From: Chthoniobacterales bacterium
Lineage (GTDB): Bacteria > Verrucomicrobiota > Verrucomicrobiia > Chthoniobacterales > UBA10450
Reading direction: 5' to 3'
DNA length: 64,000 bases
Assembly: GCA_003244145.1 (NCBI GenBank)
Contig: QHBM01000075.1
Location: 1,308-65,307 of the forward strand
In this document: positions 26,090-33,772 of the stretch, piece by piece
Numbering within the stretch: the stretch's first letter is position 1
Layout of the letters: each line of letters begins with the position of its first letter
Notes under the pieces: model-generated
Databases searched by the model: none
Told to the model about the DNA's origin: nothing
Seen by the model: the letters and a program-made list of their open reading frames with translations, nothing else
Position numbers and translations under genes: made by a program

Positions 26090-26453
26090 AACCCCCCTCC
26101 TCAAGTCCTTCTATTGGCTCCGGCTCAGACGGCAGCAATCGAGCAAGCAACTGTCCGCGCTCTCTCTTGAACCATTCGATGAAAAACACGTACTTTACCC
26201 CGCGCTGGTAGGAAAACGTAGCGGTCGCCTCTTCGACGGTTTTGATGGTTTCGGGGAACGCCTGGGTGAGCAACACTCGATCGACGCGATCGAACCAGGC
26301 GATTTCAAGCAAGTGCGTCGCGCGGATGTACTGAATTGCGCAGCCTGTCTTTCTGTCCACATACCCGGCCAGCTCGACGTTTGATCCGCGATACTCACCA
26401 ACGATCACGATAAATCCTTCCAGGACGCGCTGCAGGAGTTCCGCCTTAGTCAT
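26058..26453 (-). CDS. hypothetical protein (element-encoded)
   Basis: ATG at 26453 (MTKAELLQRVLEG) preceded by ggagag. The longer ORF start at 26537 adds an Arg/Gly-rich extension. Confidence 0.45.
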   Translation of the reverse strand: MTKAELLQRVLEGFIVIVGEYRGSNVELAGYVDRKTGCAIQYIRATHLLEIAWFDRVDRVLLTQAFPETIKTVEEATATFSYQRGVKYVFFIEWFKRERGQLLARLLPSEPEPIEGLEEGGCPPEGRAPAP

Positions 26454-26579
26454 CGCCGGCTCTCCGCTGGTTCGCTTTTGTTTGCCCGGGCGACCGCCAA
26501 AAGCGCCCGTCGCATGGTATCGGTTAGCCCGCGCCAAAGACCGATCAGTTCGATCAAATCTGCGTCTGGCCGGATTTTT

Positions 26580-26599
26580 TGTGAGTCTATGTGTGAGTC
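26580..26599 (+). repeat. TGTGAGTC dyad (tgtgagtctatgtgtgagtc), attR-proximal copy
   Basis: 19 of 20 nt identical to 19176..19195. Confidence 0.75.
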
Positions 26600-26637
26600 A
26601 GGCGACGCAAGTGCCTCATGCTCAGCAGGGGCAATGA

Positions 26638-26660
26638 AGGTTCGAACCCTGCATCGCGCA
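26638..26660 (+). repeat. attR core (duplicate of the tRNA-Val 3' end), followed by aacttttttt
   Basis: Identical to 19012..19034. Upstream of it the tRNA similarity stops. Confidence 0.8.
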
Positions 26661-26694
26661 AACTTTTTTTGGCTCCGCTCCAGCTCCCCAGAGG

Positions 26695-26743
26695 AAGTTC
26701 GTCTCGGCGAGACGCCGAAGCCAGCACGCGAAACGCGTACGCT
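26695..26743. repeat. multi-hairpin intergenic repeat, copy 3 (right half only)
   Basis: aagttcgtctcggcgagacgccgaagccagcacgcgaaacgcgtacgct aligns with 16040..16088 of copy 2. Confidence 0.7.
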
Positions 26744-26791
26744 GCCGGAGGAGACATCCAACCCGGTCCGATGATGTCCAATTACCGTTGT

Positions 26792-26806
26792 TGTCGACCT
26801 TCGACA
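26792..26806 (+). promoter_or_regulatory. palindrome TGTCGA-cct-TCGACA upstream of the PadR gene (candidate operator)
   Basis: Perfect 6-bp arms, 46 nt upstream of the PadR ATG. A TTGACT hexamer lies at 26815..26820. Confidence 0.3.
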
Positions 26807-26851
26807 GATAAAGCTTGACTGTTGTAGAAGCACGACACTAATGTCTTCCCC

Positions 26852-27193
26852 ATGGACAAAGTGCGTAACGAATTATTGCAGGGGACGCTCGATCTTCTGA
26901 TTCTGAAAGCCCTCTCCATCGATTCCCTGCACGGCTGGGACATCTCCAAACGCATCGCGATCGTCTCCAATGACCGCCTCTCTCTAAAACAGGGCTCACT
27001 CTATCCGGCGCTCCACCGTTTGGAAGGACGCGGCTGGATCGACGCCGAGTGGGGCGTCTCCGACGCCGGACGCAGCGCCAAGTTCTACCGCATCACTCGC
27101 AAAGGTCGCAAGGAACTCGAGACCGAGAAAGAGCACTGGCTTTCCTTCGCTTCCGCGGTGGAGAGCGTCCTCAAGATGAAGGAGCTCTCATGA
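26852..27193 (+). CDS. PadR family transcriptional regulator
   Basis: LQGTLDLLILKALSIDSLHGWDISKRI...GSLYPALHRLEGRGWIDAEWG..KFYRITRKGRKEL. Confidence 0.88.
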   Translation: MDKVRNELLQGTLDLLILKALSIDSLHGWDISKRIAIVSNDRLSLKQGSLYPALHRLEGRGWIDAEWGVSDAGRSAKFYRITRKGRKELETEKEHWLSFASAVESVLKMKELS

Positions 27194-29889
27194 GGTCCGA
27201 GCCGGACGGGCGGTCTGAGCCGGACGGGCCGGGTGAACGCTTCCGCTGGCTGCGCACAAAGTGCCGCCGTCTTTTCCGCCGCCGCAAAGAGGAAGCCGCG
27301 CTCAACGCCGAGCTGCAGTTTCATCTCGATCATCTCATCGCCCACTACCGCGATGAGGGCATGTCGGAGCGCGAAGCGCGTTTCGCGGCGCAGCGAGAAT
27401 TCGGCGCCGCGACCGCGGCCTACCGCGAGGAGATCCGCGACACCTGGCGCCCTCCGCAGCTCGCGGATCTGTGGCGCAGTCTACGCTTCGCGGTGCGCTC
27501 GCTCGCGCGCAGCCCCGGATTCACCGTCCTTGCCATCATCACCCTCGGCTTCGGCATCGGGGGAAACACGATGATGTTCAGCGCGTTCAATACACTCGTG
27601 CTGAAGCCGCTGCCCTACGCCGACAGTGCGCGATTGGATCGCATCGACCGCGTGACGCCGCAAAATCCGGAGGGTCTTATTTCGCCCGCCGATTTCCTCG
27701 ATCTGCAGCGGGAGATGAACGGCTACGGTGAGATCGCCGCCTACGCGCCGTGGGATGCGACTCTCTCGGAACCCGGTCAACCCGCCGAGATGGCGAGTGC
27801 GATCCGCACCACCGCCAATTTATTTTCCACGCTCCGAATCCAACCTCAGCTCGGCCGTGACTTTCGGCCTGGAGAAGACCGTCCTGGCAACGATCGAGTT
27901 GTCCTTATCAGTCAACTTTGCTGGCAGAAGCGCTTTGGCGCGAGCACTGACGTAATCGGCCGGACCATTCGCGTTGACGGCGAGCCTCACGAAATCGTGG
28001 GCGTGCTGCCCGCGATCTTGAACGACTGGCGTCACCTCGGCTGGATTGATCTCTTCCGGCCGCTTGCGCTCGATCAGCAGAAATCCGCTGATCGCCACAG
28101 CACGATTCTCCGGCTCATTGGTCGGCGCTCCGAAAAAATCTCACGCGCCGAGGCGGACGGTTTTATCGCCAACTTCGGAGCGCGCCTCGCGACCGACTTT
28201 CCAGAGGTAAACGCTGCCAGCACCTGGCGGACCGTCCCGCTGAACGACACCGTCCAGGGCGCGACCGGCCACAGTATGATGATGATGCTCATCGGCCTTT
28301 CCGGCTTCGTGCTGCTCATCGCCTGTTCGAATCTGGCGAACCTTCTCCTGGCTCGCACGATGGCCCGCGCTCGCGAATTCGCCGTCCGTTCCGCTCTTGG
28401 CGCATCGCGCATGCAATTGCTCCGACCCTTGATCGTCGAGTCGTTGTTGCTGGCTCTCGCTGGTGGTGCCTGCGCCATCCTGGTGGCGCAGTGGGGCGCC
28501 GACTATCTTTCGATGCGATCTACCGGCGACAACGGTGAAAGCGTCGCGCTCGACTTCGACTGGCATGTCTTCAGTTGGGCTTTTGGCGCCTCGCTCATCA
28601 CAGCTCTCGCCTTCGGCCTGGCACCCGCTCTTTTCGCACTGCGGCTCAATCTGAACGACACACTAAAGAGCGGCGGACGGGGTGCGACTGGAGGTCGCGG
28701 TCATCGGCGCTTTCGCCAGGTCCTCATCGTGGGCCAGTTCGCGGTCGCTATGGTGTTGCTCTCGGGTGCAGCCCTTTTTATTCGCGGTCTCGATGAATTG
28801 AACCACCGCCGCGCCGGCTGGCAGTCAGAGCACCTTGTCACCGGAACGGTCGTGCTTCCCGCCGCGGTCTATTCCGACGCAGATCGAATCACCGCCTTTC
28901 ACCGTCTTACGGTAGAACGCCTCGAATCCCTGCCCAGCGTCGCTTCAGCCAGCATCTCCTCCGTCACGCCCTTCTTCAATTGGCCCGACTCGCGCAAATA
29001 CCTGGTCGAAGGCCGCGAGCTTCCCAAAGCGGGGTATGAACCTGCCGCCGTCGTCAACGCCATCACGCCTCGCTATTTTGAAACTGTGGGCACACGCGTG
29101 CTCGCTGGTCGCACCTTCAGCGACCGCGATACCGAGAAAACCCCGAAGGTTTTCATCATCAACCAAGCCATGGCCACCGGACTGTTTGCGTACGAAAACC
29201 CAATTGGCCGGCGCCTCGCGCAAGCCGGCAGCCCGAATCTTGAATGGGGGGAAATCGTTGGTGTCGCGGCCGATGTAAAATCGGTTCTACCCGACCCAGG
29301 CCCGGTGACTTTTCAACTCTACCAGCCCATGGCGCAGGAGCCCCGGCCTTACAACGAGATCGCCGTGCGCACGGCTGGCGTCGCCCCTTCGACTGTTGTG
29401 GATCGTATTCGCGAAGTCATGACGGGGCTCGACCCGGATCTGCCGGTGCGCAAGCTCCAGCCTGCGGACGCAACAGTTGAGCGGGCCAATTACCAAGTCG
29501 CGGTCCTGCGTGATATACTGACCTCCTTCGCATTGCTCGGGCTTGGTCTCGCCTCGTTAGGTATCTACGGAGTCATTGCCCGAACGATGGCTCAGCGCAC
29601 CAGTGAATTCGCAATTCGCTTCGCGTTGGGAGCGTGCATCAGAGACATTACCCGCATCGTCCTGACGTCCGGGGTGAAACTAGCTCTCATCGGATCGGCC
29701 CTAGGTCTGTTTGGTGCGCTCGGTGTTTCCCGACTTCTTGCTTTCGGTTATCCTGGGATGCAACTTAACAGTCCTCCGGTGTTGATTGGCACCACGCTCC
29801 TGCTTATCGCTGTCGCCTTGGTCGCCTGCTGGCTCCCCGCCCGCCGCGCCGCACACATCAACCCCATCGAGGCTCTGCGTGCAGAGTAA
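27190..29889 (+). CDS. ADOP-family duplicated FtsX/MacB-like permease, with the N-terminal prefix domain typical of PadR-linked copies
   Basis: ATGA overlap with the PadR stop. LRFAVRSLARSPGFTVLAIITLGFGIGGNTMMFS, two FtsX-type 4-TM modules, ends INPIEALRAE. Confidence 0.8.
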   Translation: MRSEPDGRSEPDGPGERFRWLRTKCRRLFRRRKEEAALNAELQFHLDHLIAHYRDEGMSEREARFAAQREFGAATAAYREEIRDTWRPPQLADLWRSLRFAVRSLARSPGFTVLAIITLGFGIGGNTMMFSAFNTLVLKPLPYADSARLDRIDRVTPQNPEGLISPADFLDLQREMNGYGEIAAYAPWDATLSEPGQPAEMASAIRTTANLFSTLRIQPQLGRDFRPGEDRPGNDRVVLISQLCWQKRFGASTDVIGRTIRVDGEPHEIVGVLPAILNDWRHLGWIDLFRPLALDQQKSADRHSTILRLIGRRSEKISRAEADGFIANFGARLATDFPEVNAASTWRTVPLNDTVQGATGHSMMMMLIGLSGFVLLIACSNLANLLLARTMARAREFAVRSALGASRMQLLRPLIVESLLLALAGGACAILVAQWGADYLSMRSTGDNGESVALDFDWHVFSWAFGASLITALAFGLAPALFALRLNLNDTLKSGGRGATGGRGHRRFRQVLIVGQFAVAMVLLSGAALFIRGLDELNHRRAGWQSEHLVTGTVVLPAAVYSDADRITAFHRLTVERLESLPSVASASISSVTPFFNWPDSRKYLVEGRELPKAGYEPAAVVNAITPRYFETVGTRVLAGRTFSDRDTEKTPKVFIINQAMATGLFAYENPIGRRLAQAGSPNLEWGEIVGVAADVKSVLPDPGPVTFQLYQPMAQEPRPYNEIAVRTAGVAPSTVVDRIREVMTGLDPDLPVRKLQPADATVERANYQVAVLRDILTSFALLGLGLASLGIYGVIARTMAQRTSEFAIRFALGACIRDITRIVLTSGVKLALIGSALGLFGALGVSRLLAFGYPGMQLNSPPVLIGTTLLLIAVALVACWLPARRAAHINPIEALRAE

Positions 29890-29974
29890 ATTGATGCAGC
29901 CGCGAGAAAGCCTCCGGGTACGCGGCAGGTTCAGCTGCACCTCGACACCATTACTAACATAAGGAGAGAAATTC

Positions 29975-30682
29975 ATGCATCCAACTGACAAGAACGCACG
30001 CATAGCAGGCACGGTATATCTATCAATGACACTCACTGCGCCTTTCAGCCTCTTGTATGTTCCCACCAAGCTGATCGTGCAGGGGAATGCAACGGCGACG
30101 GCAAGTAACATTCTAAGTAACGAGACGCTTTTCCGTCTCGGCATAGTCGCTGACCTGTTCTCCGCGGTCATTTTCGTTCTCGCCGGCGTGGCTCTCTATC
30201 GCTTGCTTAGCAGCGTGAACAAGACTTGGGCTCGGCTGATGGTGGCCCTGGTTTTGGTCTCCGCCGCTGTTGGCTTTTTGAACGTCCTGAATAACGTCGC
30301 TGCTCTGATCCTTTTCCGCGGCGCCGACTTCCTTGCCGTGTTCGAGAAACCGCAGCGAGACGCTCTCGGCATGCTCTTCATCCGTCTGCATGGCGAAGGA
30401 ATCTTCATGAACGAGATTTTTTGGGGTCTGTGGCTCCTGCCTTTTGGCCTGCTTGTCTTCCGCTCCAGATTTCTGCCGCGCTTCCTTGGCGTCTGGCTGA
30501 TTCTCAATTGTTTCGCCTATCTGGTCCTCAGCCTTACCGCTTTACTATTCCCGCTTTACAGCGATACCGTTTTTCGAATTGCGACGCCGGTCCTTTTTGG
30601 AGAATTGGCGATCCAATTGTGGCTTGTGATCAAAGGCGCAAAGGTGTCCTCACTGCCCGTCGCTGTGCATGCTTCTACTTAA
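29975..30682 (+). CDS. DUF4386-like integral membrane protein (paralog 1)
   Basis: aaggagag SD 7 nt upstream. ARIAGTVYL...ATATASNILSNETLFRLGIVADL...LYRLL pattern. Confidence 0.65.
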   Translation: MHPTDKNARIAGTVYLSMTLTAPFSLLYVPTKLIVQGNATATASNILSNETLFRLGIVADLFSAVIFVLAGVALYRLLSSVNKTWARLMVALVLVSAAVGFLNVLNNVAALILFRGADFLAVFEKPQRDALGMLFIRLHGEGIFMNEIFWGLWLLPFGLLVFRSRFLPRFLGVWLILNCFAYLVLSLTALLFPLYSDTVFRIATPVLFGELAIQLWLVIKGAKVSSLPVAVHAST

Positions 30683-30698
30683 TAAAAAAAAGAAACAT

Positions 30699-31385
30699 AT
30701 GACTCGCACAACTAACGCAAGAATCGCCGGCTTCACCTACCTCGCCTACATAGCCATTGGCATTGCCGGGATGGTTCTATTTAATCAGGCAACCAGCGCC
30801 GAGGGGATCGCCGCGAAGCTCGCGGGCATCGCGCAGCACACGACAAATGTGGGTGCCACTATCGTGCTTACGCTGCTCACCTGCTTCGCAGCACTGGTCT
30901 TGGGCGTGACGCTCTACAGGATAACGCGCGAGCAGGATCCGGATCTGGCAATGTTGGCCCTGACCTGTCGCGTCGGTGAAGGCGTGCTCAGCGGAATCTT
31001 CGTTCTGGCGACGCTGGGATTGTTATGGCTCGGGACGGCGGTCGGAGAAAACGCGCCGAACACACAGTCCGTGCATGCGCTCGCCGCGTTCCTTTTTAAG
31101 GCGCAAGGCTGGAACACGCTCATCGGTGCGACCTTTTTCGCCGTGGGGAGCATGCTCTTCTCGTGGCTCCTCTTGCGCGGCCGGATGATCCCCGTCGCGC
31201 TAGCATGGCTTGGGGTCGTGGCGTCGGTCCTGCTCGTGGTGGGCCTTCCTCTACAGCTCGCAGAATTCCTGCACGGCGCGGTTACGCAGCTCATGTGGAT
31301 ACCAATGGCCGCGTTCGAGCTGATTGTTGCTCTTTGGCTGCTCATCAAAGGCGTACCTCAAATGACCACCCTTGCTGGTGACTAA
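30699..31385 (+). CDS. DUF4386-like integral membrane protein (paralog 2)
   Basis: ARIAGFTYLAYIAIG..., polytopic, similar length. Confidence 0.6.
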   Translation: MTRTTNARIAGFTYLAYIAIGIAGMVLFNQATSAEGIAAKLAGIAQHTTNVGATIVLTLLTCFAALVLGVTLYRITREQDPDLAMLALTCRVGEGVLSGIFVLATLGLLWLGTAVGENAPNTQSVHALAAFLFKAQGWNTLIGATFFAVGSMLFSWLLLRGRMIPVALAWLGVVASVLLVVGLPLQLAEFLHGAVTQLMWIPMAAFELIVALWLLIKGVPQMTTLAGD

Positions 31386-31403
31386 CGGAGTAACGAGAAC
31401 GAA

Positions 31404-32141
31404 ATGAACACAGCAGTAATGACAAAACCGATCGTAGAAGCATCGCCACGTTCCACCGCCAGGATCGTCGGCTTCTTTTGGCTAATGACGATAGTGTTGG
31501 GCTCATTCGCCTTGGTTGGCGACAAGCTTGTCGTAGCCGGCGATGCCGCGGCCACAGCGGCCAATATCCTGGCGCACGAGTCCTCGTTTCGGTTGGGGCT
31601 CGCGGCCAATCTCGTCGCGGGCTTGTGCTATCTCACTGCGACGGTATTTGTCTATGCGCTACTTAAGCCGGTAAACCGAAACGTCTCGTTGCTCGCGGCC
31701 TTCTTCAGCCTCGCGGGATGCGCCGTTTCGGGGCTCACTCTCGTCTTCCAGCTCGCGCCCCTCGCCGTTCTGAAAGGCGCCTCTTACTTGAGCGCATTTC
31801 CGGTCGAGCAGTTACAGGCGCAGGCGTTCACATTTCTCTCGTTGCGCGCGCAGGCCTTCTACATCGGCCACGTGTTTTTCGGATTGCATTGCCTCCTGGT
31901 CGGCTGCCTCATTTTTAGGTCGGGCTACCTGCCTCGAGTTATAGGCGCGCTGATGGTGTGTGCCGGTTTGGGTTGGCTGACCATGAGCTTTTCGAATTTG
32001 CTCCTACCGCCGCTCGGACACTCTCTGGATCCCTTCATCATCATACCCGGTGCGATCGGCGAACTTTCGCTGACCCTCTGGCTCCTCGTGCGGGGCGTAA
32101 ATGTCCGGAAGTGGGAACGAAGAGTTTTGGCGACGGGCTAA
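31404..32141 (+). CDS. DUF4386-like integral membrane protein (paralog 3)
   Basis: ARIVGFFWL...VVAGDAAATAANILAHESSFRLGLAANL...YALLKPVNRNVSLLAAFFSL. Confidence 0.65.
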   Translation: MNTAVMTKPIVEASPRSTARIVGFFWLMTIVLGSFALVGDKLVVAGDAAATAANILAHESSFRLGLAANLVAGLCYLTATVFVYALLKPVNRNVSLLAAFFSLAGCAVSGLTLVFQLAPLAVLKGASYLSAFPVEQLQAQAFTFLSLRAQAFYIGHVFFGLHCLLVGCLIFRSGYLPRVIGALMVCAGLGWLTMSFSNLLLPPLGHSLDPFIIIPGAIGELSLTLWLLVRGVNVRKWERRVLATG

Positions 32142-32348
32142 ACGAAAATCACCCAATTATCGCGGCGGACTTCTATTACTCCACGAGAAGGGGCGCTCTA
32201 TCCCGCCTTGTCAACAGGCGCACGCCGGGTTTTATGCATCCGAATTCCCGCTAAAGCGCTGGCCCATTTTCGGAGGCGCGGGTTGAGTTTGCATCCACCG
32301 TCTGAAGCGGCCTGAAAAAAAGCTAAAAAAAAGCTTGCGTGTGATTTG

Positions 32349-32370
32349 GTGTTGTAGTCAACTACATCAC
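32349..32370 (+). promoter_or_regulatory. palindromic candidate operator (gtgtTGTAGTcaACTACAtcac) within a possible promoter upstream of the GntR gene
   Basis: Perfect 14-bp palindrome at 32353..32366, flanked by TTGGTG (-35-like, 32347..32352) and ACTAAT (-10-like, 32370..32375) with a 17-nt spacer. Confidence 0.35.
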
Positions 32371-32463
32371 TAATGAAGAGCAATAATCAGTTAAAGCGGC
32401 ACGCAAACGGTCAGTCCTGCTTGGACCTCGCGCCTCTTTCACTCAGATTTTTTGGAGCACAGG

Positions 32464-32853
32464 ATGAATCGTGAATGGAACGACGGGCAGCCGATTTATC
32501 GCCAGCTTCGCGATCGAGGCGTCCATATGATTCTCGACGGCGTGCTCAAAGAAGGCGATCCGCTGCCGTCCGTGCGCAATGTCGCGGCGGAGTATCGGGT
32601 CAATCCGCTCACGGTTCTCAAGGCCTATCAAGAACTGGTGGACGAGCAGCTGGTGGAGACGAAGCGAGGGCTCGGCATGTTCGTTAGAGCCGGCGCGCGG
32701 GAGCTGCTCCTGCAAGGCGAACGCCAAAAATTTCTCACCCAAGAATGGCCGCTGGTCGCGGCGAAGATTCAGCGGCTCGGTCTGACCGCGAAAGAACTGG
32801 ATGCCGCCGCCACCCGTGCGTCATCGGGGAAAACTAAAAAGGAGGCGCGGTAA
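32464..32853 (+). CDS. GntR family (YtrA-like, short) transcriptional regulator
   Basis: PIYRQLRDRGVHMILDGVLKEGDPLPSVRNVAAEYRVNPLTVLKAYQELVDEQLVETKRGLGMFV. ATG 32464 is preceded by ggag; the ORF caller start is TTG at 32452. Confidence 0.85.
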   Translation: MNREWNDGQPIYRQLRDRGVHMILDGVLKEGDPLPSVRNVAAEYRVNPLTVLKAYQELVDEQLVETKRGLGMFVRAGARELLLQGERQKFLTQEWPLVAAKIQRLGLTAKELDAAATRASSGKTKKEAR

Positions 32854-32857
32854 AGCC

Positions 32858-33772
32858 ATGGCCTGTATAGAAGCACGCGGACTCCGCAAAGCATTTGGCA
32901 CTACCATCGCGCTGGAAGGCATCGATCTCCGAGTTGAAGAGGGCCGCATTCTCGGCCTCATCGGTCCCAACGGCGCGGGTAAGACGACGGCGCTCAATGC
33001 GATTCTCGGACTTACCTCCTATGAAGGAGAGCTGAAGGTGCTCGGACGCGATCCATGGACCTCGCGCGATGAACTCATGCGCGATGTTTGCTTCATCGCC
33101 GATGTCGCCGTGGTGCCGCGCTGGATGCGCGTTTCACAGGCGCTCGATTATGTGGCCGGCGTGCATCCGCGTTTCGATCGCGTAAAGGCGGAAGATTTTC
33201 TGGCGAAGACGACAATCAAGCGCGCCAGCAAGGTAAGGGAATTGTCAAAAGGCATGGTGGCCCAGCTGCACCTAGCCCTGGTCATGGCGATCGACGCGAA
33301 ATTGCTGGTGCTGGACGAGCCGACACTTGGGCTGGACATCCTCTATCGCAAACAATTCTACGAATCGCTCCTGAACGACTACTTCGATCGGACCCGCACC
33401 ATCGTGGTGACGACCCATCAGGTGGAAGAGATCCAGGACGTCCTGACCGATCTTATGTTCATCGACCGCGGCCGCATCGTCCTCGAGTGCACGATGGAAG
33501 AATTCGACTCGCGCTATCTGGAAGTGATGGTGAATCCCGAGCAGCTCGAGGCAGCGCGGGGGCTGAAGCCTATTCACGAGCGCCCGGTGTTCGGCCGCAG
33601 CGTCATGCTATTCGAGCATGCAGATCGCGATCAACTGGCCGCGCTGGGCGATATGCGCAGGCCTAGCATCGCAGACTTGTTTGTTGCCGTAATGGGAAAG
33701 AACCAGCCGCCTTCGCACAAGGCTACGGCGGGCCAAGGAGGTCAGAAATCAGAGGGCGGGGAAGTTAAATGA
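32858..33772 (+). CDS. ABC transporter ATP-binding protein
   Basis: Walker A GPNGAGKTT, signature LSKGMVAQL, Walker B LLVLDEPT. Confidence 0.9.
   Translation: MACIEARGLRKAFGTTIALEGIDLRVEEGRILGLIGPNGAGKTTALNAILGLTSYEGELKVLGRDPWTSRDELMRDVCFIADVAVVPRWMRVSQALDYVAGVHPRFDRVKAEDFLAKTTIKRASKVRELSKGMVAQLHLALVMAIDAKLLVLDEPTLGLDILYRKQFYESLLNDYFDRTRTIVVTTHQVEEIQDVLTDLMFIDRGRIVLECTMEEFDSRYLEVMVNPEQLEAARGLKPIHERPVFGRSVMLFEHADRDQLAALGDMRRPSIADLFVAVMGKNQPPSHKATAGQGGQKSEGGEVK

Larger units (their letters stand above)
19012..26660. mobile_element. integrative element (about 7.6 kb) inserted in the 3' end of tRNA-Val
   Basis: Exact 23-nt direct repeat aggttcgaaccctgcatcgcgca at 19012..19034 and 26638..26660. 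Encloses integrase, excisionase-type HTH and an HUH Rep. A few hand-counted lines inside are about 45-50% G+C, against about 60% in glyQS. Confidence 0.8.

Noticed and set aside
19012-26660. Considered calling the island an integrated filamentous (inovirus-like) or microvirus-like prophage because of its size and HUH Rep
   Set aside because: I saw no Zot/pI-type Walker ATPase, no small hydrophobic coat-protein genes and no capsid-like gene. Integrative satellite or mobilisable island is the safer call.
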